Assembly: GCA_017557525.1 (NCBI GenBank)
Contig: JAFYYN010000013.1
Location: 4,788 to 68,787, forward strand
Origin: Lachnospiraceae bacterium
GTDB lineage: Bacteria > Bacillota > Clostridia > Lachnospirales > Lachnospiraceae
Length of the DNA stretch: 64,000 bases
Reading direction: 5' to 3'
The notes under the pieces: model-generated
The model's database searches: none
What the model saw: only the letters and a program-made list of their open reading frames with translations
Told to the model about the DNA's origin: nothing
Translations under genes and position numbers: made by a program
In this document: piece by piece, positions 39,236 through 49,765 of the stretch
Position numbering within the stretch: position 1 is the stretch's first letter
How the letters are laid out: the number at the start of each line of letters is the position of its first letter

Positions 39236-40141
39236 ATGAAGCGAAAATCCAAATCACATAGTCTAGCAATATTTTTATTCCTTCTGCCTGCTTTGATATT
39301 GTTTGTCGGCTTGCTTATCGCACCGATCATCATGTCATTGTATTACAGCTTCTTTGACTGGAACGGTTTGAAGGCACTAAACCCTTCGGAGGATTTCCTG
39401 GGTTTTGGTAATTATACAATTCTTTTTGGTGAGAGAATACAGTTCGGAAAGGCTCTGCTTAATTCTCTTATCCTTGCAGCACTTTCAGTATTTGTCCAGC
39501 TTCCTGTATCCTTGGCACTGGCGCTTGCTCTCGGCAAGAAGATCAAAGGCGAAAGAGTATTCCTTTCAATCTATTTCATGCCCGTTCTTATTTCAACGGT
39601 AGTTATAGGTCAGTTATGGTTAAAGATTTATAACCCTGAATACGGTATTTTAAATACATTCCTTCGCGCTATCGGTGTTCTTGAAGGCGACATCAGATGG
39701 CTGGGCGAGAAAAACCTTGCACTTGGAGCAGTATTTGCACCGACCCTGTGGCAATACGTAGGTTACCATATGTTGCTCTTATATGCAGGTGTTAAGAGCG
39801 TTTCTCCGGAACTTAGAGAGGCAGCAAAGCTTGACGGCGCTACCGACGGACAGGTTAACAGATTCGTAGTTATCCCTTCTATCAAGCCCATTATCAAGGT
39901 TAGCGTTATTTTCGCAGTTACCGGATCTCTTAAGTCTTTCGACTTGATATATGTCCTGACTAACGGTGGACCGATGAAGGCTACCGAAGTTCCCAGTATC
40001 ATCATGATCAGAGAGTTATTCTTAAAGAATAAATACGGTGTAGGTAGTGCCATTGCCGTATTGTTGATTTTACTGTGCTTCTTCTTTGCTATACTCATCG
40101 GAGCAATATTTAAAGAGAGGGATATATATGGAAAGAAATAA
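39236..40141 (+). CDS. ABC sugar transporter permease (MalF-like)
   Basis: EAA loop EAAKLDGATDGQVNRFVVIPSIKP. Confidence 0.88.
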   Translation: MKRKSKSHSLAIFLFLLPALILFVGLLIAPIIMSLYYSFFDWNGLKALNPSEDFLGFGNYTILFGERIQFGKALLNSLILAALSVFVQLPVSLALALALGKKIKGERVFLSIYFMPVLISTVVIGQLWLKIYNPEYGILNTFLRAIGVLEGDIRWLGEKNLALGAVFAPTLWQYVGYHMLLLYAGVKSVSPELREAAKLDGATDGQVNRFVVIPSIKPIIKVSVIFAVTGSLKSFDLIYVLTNGGPMKATEVPSIIMIRELFLKNKYGVGSAIAVLLILLCFFFAILIGAIFKERDIYGKK

Positions 40142-41066
40142 TATTAAAACAGACACACTGAAGATCGATACTTCAAAGTACACTGTTAAGAAAACCAACA
40201 AGGTACTTAAAGTATTGATATTCGCAGGGCTTATAATCTGGGCATTTATAAATCTGTTCCCTATATATTGGATGTTAACATTCTCTTTCAAGAACAACGA
40301 GGAAATATATGGCGGAAACGTAGCCGGATTACCCAGCGAATTAAGATGGGAAAATTACGAAGATGCACTCTGGGGCAAGAATATCGGTACAGCATCTAAG
40401 GATGATACCGGATTCCAGCTTCCTAAGCTCATTAGATTTTTCATAAACAGCCTTATAGTTACGGTTGCAACTATCGCGATATCACTTGTTGCCGCTTTGA
40501 TGGCCACATTTGCGATGACGCGTATAAAATGGCGGTTCAGTAAAACGATGAATGCGCTATTTATGTTGGGAATTACGATTCCTATGCATGCATCACTGCT
40601 TCCGGTATACAGGACAATGTCAAACTTAGGTATTCTTAATACCTATACATCCCTGATACTTCCTTATTCAGCTTTCTCACTTTCAATGGCAATACTTATC
40701 TGTACAGGATTTATGGATGATATTCCCAAGGAGCTTGATGAGGCTGCATGTATAGACGGATGTAATTTAGGCGGAATATTCTTCAAGGTAATAGTACCGC
40801 TTATGAAGCCGGCACTTTCAACTATAGGAATCTATACTTTCCTTCAGTGCTGGAACGAGCTTATGTTTGCTAACCAGTTCATGGCTACAGGCGACAAGAT
40901 CACACTCCCTGTAGGTATCCAGCAGCTTTCTGCAGGACAGTCCATGACACAGTGGGGCCCTATCGGTGCCGCGCTTGTTATAGCAACATTCCCTACATTG
41001 CTTGTATACATTTTCTTAAGCAAACGTATACAGGACAGCTTTATTGCCGGTGCGGTAAAAGGCTGA
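40128..41066 (+). CDS. ABC sugar transporter permease (MalG-like)
   Basis: EAA loop EAACIDGCNLGGIFFKVIVPLMKP. Overlaps the upstream gene by 14 nt. Confidence 0.88.
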   Translation: MERNNIKTDTLKIDTSKYTVKKTNKVLKVLIFAGLIIWAFINLFPIYWMLTFSFKNNEEIYGGNVAGLPSELRWENYEDALWGKNIGTASKDDTGFQLPKLIRFFINSLIVTVATIAISLVAALMATFAMTRIKWRFSKTMNALFMLGITIPMHASLLPVYRTMSNLGILNTYTSLILPYSAFSLSMAILICTGFMDDIPKELDEAACIDGCNLGGIFFKVIVPLMKPALSTIGIYTFLQCWNELMFANQFMATGDKITLPVGIQQLSAGQSMTQWGPIGAALVIATFPTLLVYIFLSKRIQDSFIAGAVKG

Positions 41067-41083
41067 TACTAACTTGAAATAAC

Positions 41084-41117
41084 AGGAGTTTCCTTGAGAG
41101 ACTCCTTTATTTTTTTG
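41084..41117 (+). terminator. rho-independent terminator
   Basis: AGGAGT-ttccttgagag-ACTCCT followed by TTTATTTTTTT. Confidence 0.7.
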
Positions 41118-41199
41118 GGTTTATTAGGGAAATTAGAGTTGCAATAATCAGAGGGCTTGTGTATACTATAAGTTGGATTTAAATACAGAAATTTCCAAG

Positions 41200-43086
41200 A
41201 TGGGGCAGAAGAACATGCAGGGCAAAAGGATAAAAGAAAAAGTGCAGAATTCAATAAAAAGAAACGCTCTTTCGAGAAAACTCAGCGGAGTTATTATAAT
41301 TGTTGCCCTGATACTGATAATTGTTTCGCTCGTTTTTGTTTTTTTTATCATAACGATGGAAAGAAAACAATATGCCGAAAGAGAGAGCGAAAATGTGCTT
41401 AGCTCACTGTCCACCAGTATAGGTTCAGATATAGATAAATATAATAATATCAGCCGTCTTATCATGATCGAGCCACAGGTAAAAAATTACCTTAAAGCAG
41501 ACAAGAGAATAATAGATCTGTTTGCATACTCAGAGGGTGCAAGACTCGGAACACTGAATATTCTGAATGTTACTACAAGTGTAGATTCAGTATTTATCTT
41601 TAGAAATGACCTTGAATATTCAACCACGATAAACCCTCTTGAATACAGGCTTGACTGGGACAGGATCCATGAGCGTGACTGGAAATCGGGACTTCTTGCT
41701 AATAAGGGTAGTTCTTCCTTATCGCTAAATGGTAACGGCGCGATAATAAAGACAAAGCCTGCGACTCTGCTGACTATAAACAGAGCGATCTATGACAATG
41801 TTTCGCAGAAACAGACAGGTTTCCTTTTTATGAATCTTTCAACGGATTTCATGGAGGATGAGATAAATCAGCTGAGCAGCGAAAATATCTGCATATGCAC
41901 CTCTGACGGTATTTATCTTGCAGGAAATATAAAGCTGCTGAATTACTATGATAAAGCATACACATATGATGAGATTACTGAAATAAAGGTTTCTAACCCT
42001 AAGGACGCGATGACGATTTCAGGATTAAAGGTAAGAGGTTTCCCTCTTGTAATCCTGTACTCGATCACAAACGAGAGACGTCTGCTGCCTATGGAGCTTT
42101 TATACTTTATAATCATACTCCCGATAATCTACTTAGTCTGCGTTATGGTAGCAGGATCGTTTATAAAGAAAAATATTACAAATCCTATATTTGATCTTAC
42201 CTCCGAAATGGAAAAGAAGAGACAGAAGGAAGTAATTGAAAAGATAGATATCAATCTGCCCGACAATGAAATAGGTGCCCTGCAGGAAAGCTATAACAAC
42301 ATGGTTGATCATTCAAATTTACTCATGGACCGGCTTGTTGAAAAGGAGCAGACGCTCCAGAAAGCTGAAATGCGTGTGCTTCAGGAACAGATAAAGCCTC
42401 ATTTCCTGTATAATTCACTGGAAACCATAGGATTCCTTGCAATAGATGCGGGGGCAGATAAGGTGCATGGAGCACTTGAGACCCTGGGCAGTTTTTACAG
42501 AAATTTCCTAAGCAAGGGAGACAGGGAAATACCTCTTAAGCGCGAGATCACCATCATCAAGGATTATCTTTCCTTGCAAAAACTGCGTTATGGGGATATA
42601 ATCAATGATGAATACGACATAGCAAAGGACACTGAGGATTGTATTATTCCTAAGCTGATACTCCAGCCCCTGGCCGAAAACAGTATCTATCACGGTATCA
42701 GGATGAAGGGCGAGAAGGGTACGATCAAGATCAGCAGCTTCCGTACCAAAGACGAGCTGCATATAGTCGTTAGAGACACCGGTATCGGTATGTCACAGGA
42801 ACAGATTGATAAAGTGCTCTCTAAGGAAAAGAGTGAGATCAGCGAGGAATTCAGCGGGAGCTTTGGTCTCTGGGGGACCATAGAGCGTATCAGAAGCTAT
42901 TGCGACAAGGACGATGTTGTAAGGATACGCAGCGAGATGGGTGAGTATACAGAGATAGAGATAATCATAAGCCTGCTGCCTAAGCAATGGAAAACTGCCG
43001 GTGAAAGCCGGAGGACGACAGATCAGGAAGAGAAAGTCGTAGGAAATACAGAGGAGAATAGCAATGTACAGAGTAATGCTGATTGA
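41200..43086 (+). CDS. sensor histidine kinase (YesM-like)
   Basis: Two TM helices around an extracellular domain, phosphoacceptor region IKPHFLYNSLETI, and ATPase region VRDTGIGMS. Start uncertain (41173, 41200 or 41215). Confidence 0.85.
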   Translation: MGQKNMQGKRIKEKVQNSIKRNALSRKLSGVIIIVALILIIVSLVFVFFIITMERKQYAERESENVLSSLSTSIGSDIDKYNNISRLIMIEPQVKNYLKADKRIIDLFAYSEGARLGTLNILNVTTSVDSVFIFRNDLEYSTTINPLEYRLDWDRIHERDWKSGLLANKGSSSLSLNGNGAIIKTKPATLLTINRAIYDNVSQKQTGFLFMNLSTDFMEDEINQLSSENICICTSDGIYLAGNIKLLNYYDKAYTYDEITEIKVSNPKDAMTISGLKVRGFPLVILYSITNERRLLPMELLYFIIILPIIYLVCVMVAGSFIKKNITNPIFDLTSEMEKKRQKEVIEKIDINLPDNEIGALQESYNNMVDHSNLLMDRLVEKEQTLQKAEMRVLQEQIKPHFLYNSLETIGFLAIDAGADKVHGALETLGSFYRNFLSKGDREIPLKREITIIKDYLSLQKLRYGDIINDEYDIAKDTEDCIIPKLILQPLAENSIYHGIRMKGEKGTIKISSFRTKDELHIVVRDTGIGMSQEQIDKVLSKEKSEISEEFSGSFGLWGTIERIRSYCDKDDVVRIRSEMGEYTEIEIIISLLPKQWKTAGESRRTTDQEEKVVGNTEENSNVQSNAD

Positions 43087-43810
43087 TGATGAGGAATCGG
43101 CACGGAAGCTGATGAAAGCATCAATAAAATGGGAAAGTCTTGATATGGAGGTAGTTGGCGAAGCAGCCAGCGGTATTGAGGCTATAAATGTCATCGATGA
43201 CATGAAACCGGATATAGCCTTTGTTGACATTTCAATGCCATTTATGAATGGTATAGAGTTTACCGAGATAGCAACTAACAGGTACCCGGATCTCGTAATT
43301 ATCATTATGACCGCATTTGACGAGTTTGAATATGCAAGGAAATGCGTAAGCCTGCCGGTATTCGACTATATGTTAAAGCCTATGGTACGTTCTGAGGTTA
43401 CCGAGGTGCTCACCAAGGTTAAAAAGAGGCTGGATGAGAGAAGTGAAAAGGATGAGGCGGATAATGAGCCCTCCGGAGATCTGGGATCATCTTCAATTGA
43501 CCAGATAAAGAAATATATAGAAAACAATTATACCGATTCAAAGCTTAATCTTACCTCAGTTGCACAGAATTTTGGTTTCAGTGCAAGCTATCTGAGCCGA
43601 AAATTTAAGCAGGAAACCGGCAAGAACTTTGTGGAGTTCCTGACAGAGTGCAGGATGAACGCCGCAATGAAGCTGGCCCTCACCAACATGAAAATGTTTA
43701 ACGCCTCTAACGAGGTAGGCATCCCTGACCCCAATTATTTCGGCAGATGCTTTAAAAAATTCGCCGGCATGAGCTACTCGGAGTATGTAGCCTCGAAACA
43801 TACCTCTTAA
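43064..43810 (+). CDS. response regulator with AraC-type HTH output (YesN-like)
   Basis: Receiver MLIDDEE and DISMPFMNG. AraC HTH NYFGRCFKKFAGMSYSEY. Confidence 0.88.
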   Translation: MYRVMLIDDEESARKLMKASIKWESLDMEVVGEAASGIEAINVIDDMKPDIAFVDISMPFMNGIEFTEIATNRYPDLVIIIMTAFDEFEYARKCVSLPVFDYMLKPMVRSEVTEVLTKVKKRLDERSEKDEADNEPSGDLGSSSIDQIKKYIENNYTDSKLNLTSVAQNFGFSASYLSRKFKQETGKNFVEFLTECRMNAAMKLALTNMKMFNASNEVGIPDPNYFGRCFKKFAGMSYSEYVASKHTS

Positions 43811-43823
43811 GCCCACCCCGGCA

Positions 43824-43836
43824 GACGGATGAGGTG
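43824..43836 (+). repeat. short tail fragment of the CTGACTGATGAGGTG family
   Basis: GACGGATGAGGTG matches the tail of the copy at 33836-33848. Confidence 0.45.
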
Positions 43837-43881
43837 TTGGCTTTAGAAATACCGGATAGAAAAACAAATATACAGAACATA

Positions 43882-44673
43882 ATGAATTATATAGAATACA
43901 GATTAATAGATTCCACCAACAACGAAGCAAAACGCCTGATAAGCGATGGCAAAATAACCGCCCCCACCTGTCTAACTGCAAAAGAGCAGACAGCCGGGAG
44001 GGGCCGTCAGGGAAAATCATTTTTCTCACCCGATACAGGACTATATATGACGGTGGTATTTCCTGTTGATTTCCTAATATCATCACAGGTCACCATGACC
44101 ACACGCACTGCCTGCGCAGTAGCAGCCGCAATAGAGGAATGCACAGGAAAAGCAGTCGGTATAAAATGGGTAAATGACATTTACACAGACGGGAAAAAAT
44201 GCTGCGGTATATTATGCGAGGCAGTAAATGACTATGAACAGGGCAGGATGAAGTTTGTAGTTATCGGCATTGGCATAAACATATACACAAAAGAATGGCC
44301 TGACGACCTGAAAGACATCGCCGGCAGTCTTTTCAATCAGAGGGACGGTTCTCTGATTGATTTCAACCGCAGAAGCGTCCCGGTGATTGAAAATTTAAGA
44401 AACAGGATCGCCGAAACCCTGGGAGACTGGCTTTTTAAAAGTTCCAATGAGGAATTCTTAAGCTACTATAAAGACCATTCCATAGTGCTTGGAAAGAAAA
44501 TAACCTTTATCGAGAACGGGGAAAGCAGAGAAGGCACAGCAGTCGACATAGACGAGACCGGCGGGCTGGTTGTTGAAGTCAGAAATAAATCCATTGAAAA
44601 GGTTGAGGACGGAACTGCTCTCGAAAAATCTTTGATAGTCCTTTCCAGCGGTGAGATTTCGGTTAGAATATAA
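43882..44673 (+). CDS. birA: biotin--[acetyl-CoA-carboxylase] ligase, group I (no N-terminal HTH)
   Basis: TAGRGRQGKSFFSP and KWVNDIY motifs. The start could alternatively be GTG 43834, inside the repeat tail. Confidence 0.85.
   Translation: MNYIEYRLIDSTNNEAKRLISDGKITAPTCLTAKEQTAGRGRQGKSFFSPDTGLYMTVVFPVDFLISSQVTMTTRTACAVAAAIEECTGKAVGIKWVNDIYTDGKKCCGILCEAVNDYEQGRMKFVVIGIGINIYTKEWPDDLKDIAGSLFNQRDGSLIDFNRRSVPVIENLRNRIAETLGDWLFKSSNEEFLSYYKDHSIVLGKKITFIENGESREGTAVDIDETGGLVVEVRNKSIEKVEDGTALEKSLIVLSSGEISVRI
44333..44360 (+). repeat. GGGACGGTTCT-core hairpin element embedded in frame in birA
   Basis: TCAATCAGAGGGACGGTTCTCTGATTGA is identical to 10584-10611 and is translated as FNQRDGSLIDF. Confidence 0.9.
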
Positions 44674-44675
44674 TA

Positions 44676-44766
44676 AAGCCTGTCCCTTGAGGGGATATAT
44701 CGTACATCGAACGCTAAAGCACTCAGTATACGATGCCCTCCCGGCGTAGTGAGGTTGGATGGGGTG
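44676..44766 (+). repeat. intergenic structured repeat, long composite form (diverged)
   Basis: AAGCCTGTCCCTTGAGGGGATATATCGTACATCG...GTATACGATGCCCTCCCGGCG...GGATGGGGTG is collinear with the copy at 33754-33848. Confidence 0.7.
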
Positions 44767-44828
44767 TTGGAGCAAGGAGTTTGTCATAGGTTAATTTGAA
44801 AAACGAAAAATAAAAGGAGTTTGAGCGT

Positions 44829-46727
44829 ATGAAAATCGAAGAAAGAATAAATCGTTTATTATACGAAATGAAAAAAGAAAATATAGACTATTATATTATT
44901 CCGACATCCGATTATCATAACTCCGAGTATATAAGCGATTTTTTCAAATGCCGCGAATATATGAGCGGCTTCACCGGGTCAGCAGGGACGCTTGTTGTTT
45001 CTGATCTTGAGACAATACTCTGGACTGACGGCAGGTATTTTATCCAGGCAGAAGAACAGCTGAAAAACACCGGCATCAAGCTCTATAAGTCCGGAAATGA
45101 GGGCGTACCGACCATAAAAGAGTACCTGAAAAAGCAGTGCGAAAACGCATCAGAAATAACCATAGGCTTTGACGGAAAAGTGATGGATCTTTCCTTTGTA
45201 AAGGCACTCGAGACAGAACTTTCCGAGCTTGGCGGTATAAGTATCGAGATCAACCCTACACTTGACCTGGTAGGCAGGATATGGACAGACAGACCGCAGA
45301 TTACAGCAAATGAGATAACTATTTTCCCTGAGCAGTATGCAGGAAAAAGTGCCTCAGAAAAATTAAATGAAGTGCGCCTTGCATTAAGCGAGAAAAATGC
45401 GGAATACCATGTCCTTGCATCATTAGATGACATAGCATGGCTGCTTAACCTGCGCGGAAGTGACATAGAGTGCAACCCGGTATTTCTGTCCTATATTTTT
45501 ATCAGCGAGGATGACGCGATACTATTCTGTCATACCGACAAGGTATCTTCTGAAACAAAGAACTATCTGTCCGATATCGGTATCCACTTAAAAGAGTATG
45601 ATGAAATATATAATTTCCTTTCATCCTATAAAGGTGAAGCATATTCTGCGGATTACGTTAGTGAAACCGCTGACAAGAAATCCCAGGATGAAACGACAGA
45701 TAATGGAAAAGCCGGAAAAATGCTCCTTGACCCTGAGTCCGTTAACTACAGGCTATACACCGAGGCATCAAAGCATTTTGAAATAGTGGAGGCATTTAAC
45801 CCTTCGCTTGGGCTTAAAGGTACCAAAAACGAGACCGAAATGGAAAATCTCCGTGAGGCAAATGTCATAGACGGAGTAGCCATGGTTAAATTCCTAAAGT
45901 GGCTGGATGAATATAAAAATGACGCATCAAAAGCAACTATCACCGAATTGAAAGCAGCAGAAAAACTGCTTGAATTTAGAAAAGAAAGTGCGGAGTTTTT
46001 AGGCATAAGCTTTGAAACGATAGCTGCTTACGGAGCACATGGAGCAATAGTCCATTACGAGCCCACACCCGAAACTGACATACCGGTAGAAAGAAAAGGC
46101 TTTCTGCTGGTAGATTCCGGAGGACAGTATTTAAAGGGCACGACGGATATCACCAGGACCATAGCCATGGGTGAGCTTACAGATGATATGAAGAAATGCT
46201 ACACGGCGGTGCTTAAGGGAAATCTAAGACTCTCATCGGCAGTATTCCCCAAGGGCTTAGCCGGAGCAAATCTTGATATTTTGGCACGCGGTCCTTTATG
46301 GCAGTTGGAAAAAGACTACAATCACGGTACCGGACATGGCATAGGCTACTATCTTAATGTCCATGAGGGACCTCAGAATATTAACTGGAAAATAACACAG
46401 CGTTATGGGAATACCGTGCCTTTTGCATGTGGCATGGTCACCTCGGATGAACCCGGTTTTTATCTTGCGGGAGAGTTCGGCATCCGCATAGAAAATGATA
46501 TATTGACAGTTGTCAAAAAGGAAAATGACTACGGGACATTCCTTGGCTTTGAGATACTGACTTTGGCACCAATCGATCTTACCCCGGTTATCCTGGAGGA
46601 TCTCACAAGAGAAGAAACCGAGGCACTAAAAGATTATCACAATATGGTATATGACAAGCTGTCACCGTATCTCGACAAAGAAACCGCAGAGTGGCTGAAA
46701 CATGCCGCAGTTGAGCCGTTGTGCTAA
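44829..46727 (+). CDS. Xaa-Pro aminopeptidase (M24B, three-domain aminopeptidase P family)
   Basis: HGTGHGIG, SDEPGFY and GIRIENDI metal-ligand motifs, with a creatinase-like N-domain. Confidence 0.88.
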   Translation: MKIEERINRLLYEMKKENIDYYIIPTSDYHNSEYISDFFKCREYMSGFTGSAGTLVVSDLETILWTDGRYFIQAEEQLKNTGIKLYKSGNEGVPTIKEYLKKQCENASEITIGFDGKVMDLSFVKALETELSELGGISIEINPTLDLVGRIWTDRPQITANEITIFPEQYAGKSASEKLNEVRLALSEKNAEYHVLASLDDIAWLLNLRGSDIECNPVFLSYIFISEDDAILFCHTDKVSSETKNYLSDIGIHLKEYDEIYNFLSSYKGEAYSADYVSETADKKSQDETTDNGKAGKMLLDPESVNYRLYTEASKHFEIVEAFNPSLGLKGTKNETEMENLREANVIDGVAMVKFLKWLDEYKNDASKATITELKAAEKLLEFRKESAEFLGISFETIAAYGAHGAIVHYEPTPETDIPVERKGFLLVDSGGQYLKGTTDITRTIAMGELTDDMKKCYTAVLKGNLRLSSAVFPKGLAGANLDILARGPLWQLEKDYNHGTGHGIGYYLNVHEGPQNINWKITQRYGNTVPFACGMVTSDEPGFYLAGEFGIRIENDILTVVKKENDYGTFLGFEILTLAPIDLTPVILEDLTREETEALKDYHNMVYDKLSPYLDKETAEWLKHAAVEPLC

Positions 46728-46739
46728 AGGGTTTTAGTA

Positions 46740-49727
46740 ATGTATCAGGAACAGGAAGGTATTAGGGAACTGGAACAAAACGGCATATATATAGAGAATG
46801 TGTGCGGCACAGAAAAAAGCGGCACATTCTTTTTATGTCTGTCCAAAGCCCTTATCATGTTCCTGGTTTGCATCGGCACAGTAACCGGCTTTTGCGATGC
46901 GTTTGAAATGCCGTACAACAAGCCGGTCATCATAATATATACACTTGCGACATCACTATTAGCCGCATTCCTTTTCTACAGAAAAAAGTCAATTTATATA
47001 GGGGTATCAGTTATCACTATCCTGGTTATATTTGGTATCTCACAGACCAGCATATGCTTTTCGGGCGGGTTAAGAGCCATATCCGACATTATCCGTGAGG
47101 CCTATGCAAAGCACTATCATCAGTATCTCCAGGATACACCAAATCCTTATTATACCGACGATTACGTAAGTATTACCGTCGTACTTATCTTTATTATCGC
47201 AAGCCTCCTAATCCTCTACAGCATCACCATAGTAAGATACATGAGTTTTGCGGAGACCTTTGCGATATCATTTATCTTCCTGGAAATCCCCATGTTTATC
47301 GGAAAAAGGCCCGGGCTGCTTTCGCTGGCCATAATTATGGCCGGCTGCATAGCTGTCGGCTTACTCGGGCACGGGTCGTTTAATAACATTAATCTGCCGT
47401 TTAAAAAAACTCCTGATTATACAAGGGAAAACGGGTACAGGAAAGCAAAGTTCACCACTGTCGGCAGCTACAAAGGTATACTGGCTGTTCTCATCTTTGC
47501 GGCGGTATTTACATTAGCTATGCTCATATTTTCAATAGCGACATATAATGATAATGCACCAAAGACAAAAGAGAGTGACTTAAAGATTTTCCTTGATGAA
47601 AAAGCCGAAATTGTGGCTGTACATGGTGTGCCGGCCCTGTTAGAGGAAATGGCGGATCCCGTATATGTGGGAAAAGGTGAGCTGGGCAAGGTTGACAAGA
47701 TAGAAAATGACAACGGTGTAGACCTGGCAGTTACCTTTGTGCCATATACATCAAAAACCATGTATTTACCGGGCTTTTGGGGCGTGCGATACAGGGGTAT
47801 GCAGTGGTATGACAGCATAAAGACTGCAGATTATCCGGAGCTGGGCTTTGACGAAGTAGAATATATTGAAGCAAATACCATGAACGGTCTTGCAAAACAG
47901 ATGACATCAAAGGCATTACGTGGGGATTCACCGACAGCCAGGATACAGATTACTTACCTTGATAATAAATTTGATAATTATATCTTCCCGTATTACAACC
48001 CGATGATGGAATGGGTAACAAAGACGTATTATAACCCTAAGGCTGACAAAGACGGCACAGTACCTGGATACGAGACAAGGCAGGCCCAATTTATCGTCCC
48101 GGATTCTGCACAATATTATGATGCGGAAAATACATATCTGGGCATAGGAATATACGGATACGAGAGTAACCTTAAGATGGCATCTGTTACAGTACCCGGC
48201 ACAAAAAAACTGGTACTGTATGGCAGTGAGTTTCTTGACCAGGTCTGCCTTGATGTTCCCGAAGAGCTTGACGCCTATCTTGAGGAATTTATCAGTGCGC
48301 ATGATAATTTCGGGGTCGAAAAACCGGAAGAGATACCCGAAGAAGAAACAGAGAATAAAAGTGAAGAATACTATATTAAAGATAGAGTAGACGGAGGTCT
48401 TGAACCGCCGTTAACTACTATCCCGGATGGGGTAATGGATGTAATTAAAGACGATATGGAAAATGGAGGCGGTAAGGTAAAGATCATAGTATCGGACGTC
48501 TATGGAAACGCGTATGAAATCACTATGGATCGTTATGCGGGAATAGTCGACGGGATGATTTCAAGCAATCCCCCCATCTCGGATCCGTATTCTTCTTACA
48601 CTACTATTTACGACCAAAAGGAAAAACAACGCAAGAAATACGAGCAGTACGAAAAAGAAAACGAATACCGCCTTAAGGTCTGCGAGGCCGTAAAGGATAT
48701 GTTTGCCAGAGAATACCTTTATAGCAGGACACCCGGTAAGACTCCGCCTGCAGAGGATTATGTACGTTATTTCCTTGAAAGCCAGAAGCAGGGCGTATGT
48801 ACCCATTTTGCATCAGCCGCTGTTATGCTGCTGCGCCATATGGGGATACCTGCAAGGTATGTGGAGGGTTACTGTCTGCCAAGCTCTCTTGTAAAGAAAA
48901 ACGGTAAGGCAGTGACTCTTGAAGGTGATATAAATGACTGGTATATGGGTGAAAACACCTATAATCCCAAAATGAAGGCTTTAACAGTTGAAGTAACCGA
49001 TTTTTACGCACATGCCTGGATTGAGGTTTACCTCGAGGGCAAGGGCTTTGTACCGTTTGAAATGACACCTGCGGCATATGTACAGGCGCCTTTAACCGAA
49101 GAAACCTTAGAGTCGGTAGCAAAGCCCGCTACTGTAACTCAGGCTGTAAACAAGCCCACATCTAAACCCGATACATCGGCAAAGGCTACAACCGCTCCCG
49201 CAAAGGACGAGAGTAATAACAACAGCAGTAATAACAATAATTCAGGCTCTAATACTACTAAAAAAACGGAGCATATAGAAACCGATACCGAGCGGGTGCT
49301 TAAGATCCTCTTATTTGCCGTAGGTACGGGAATCCTGGTATGGCTTTCGCTGATAATCCTAAAGCGTGCGCTAAGGCAGCTAAGGATTTCCGGCTATATA
49401 AAGAGAGGAAAGTATAAACGCGTAATCTATATAAGATATTGCGAGCTCGTTGAGAGGCTTAAAAGGAAAAATATCGTGACAGTGCCTAACCCTCTGCCCA
49501 TGGAGCTGTGCGGGATCATTTCAGGCTATGTTGCATCTGAAGAGGCGGATGCACATAAGGACATATCAGGAAAACCTAAAGATATAGAATATGAAAAAGT
49601 CTACAAACGGGTATATAGCGCATATTCCGGCGTATTTTCATACCTTGAAAAAGTTTTATATGGCGGATATGAAACCAACGCCTCGGAGTATAATGATTTT
49701 TACAGTAAGATACGCATACTGAAATAA
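46740..49727 (+). CDS. transglutaminase-like domain membrane protein
   Basis: N-terminal polytopic region, core QKQGVCTHFASAAVMLLRHMGIPARYVEGY with YAHAWIEVY, Asn/Ser-rich linker and a C-terminal TM. Confidence 0.85.
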   Translation: MYQEQEGIRELEQNGIYIENVCGTEKSGTFFLCLSKALIMFLVCIGTVTGFCDAFEMPYNKPVIIIYTLATSLLAAFLFYRKKSIYIGVSVITILVIFGISQTSICFSGGLRAISDIIREAYAKHYHQYLQDTPNPYYTDDYVSITVVLIFIIASLLILYSITIVRYMSFAETFAISFIFLEIPMFIGKRPGLLSLAIIMAGCIAVGLLGHGSFNNINLPFKKTPDYTRENGYRKAKFTTVGSYKGILAVLIFAAVFTLAMLIFSIATYNDNAPKTKESDLKIFLDEKAEIVAVHGVPALLEEMADPVYVGKGELGKVDKIENDNGVDLAVTFVPYTSKTMYLPGFWGVRYRGMQWYDSIKTADYPELGFDEVEYIEANTMNGLAKQMTSKALRGDSPTARIQITYLDNKFDNYIFPYYNPMMEWVTKTYYNPKADKDGTVPGYETRQAQFIVPDSAQYYDAENTYLGIGIYGYESNLKMASVTVPGTKKLVLYGSEFLDQVCLDVPEELDAYLEEFISAHDNFGVEKPEEIPEEETENKSEEYYIKDRVDGGLEPPLTTIPDGVMDVIKDDMENGGGKVKIIVSDVYGNAYEITMDRYAGIVDGMISSNPPISDPYSSYTTIYDQKEKQRKKYEQYEKENEYRLKVCEAVKDMFAREYLYSRTPGKTPPAEDYVRYFLESQKQGVCTHFASAAVMLLRHMGIPARYVEGYCLPSSLVKKNGKAVTLEGDINDWYMGENTYNPKMKALTVEVTDFYAHAWIEVYLEGKGFVPFEMTPAAYVQAPLTEETLESVAKPATVTQAVNKPTSKPDTSAKATTAPAKDESNNNSSNNNNSGSNTTKKTEHIETDTERVLKILLFAVGTGILVWLSLIILKRALRQLRISGYIKRGKYKRVIYIRYCELVERLKRKNIVTVPNPLPMELCGIISGYVASEEADAHKDISGKPKDIEYEKVYKRVYSAYSGVFSYLEKVLYGGYETNASEYNDFYSKIRILK

Positions 49728-49734
49728 TAATCAT

Positions 49735-49763
49735 TTGACTTATTTGGGGTATTGACTTATAAT
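49735..49763 (+). promoter_or_regulatory. near-consensus sigma-A promoter
   Basis: TTGACT, 17-nt spacer, TATAAT. Confidence 0.55.
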
Positions 49764-49765
49764 GT

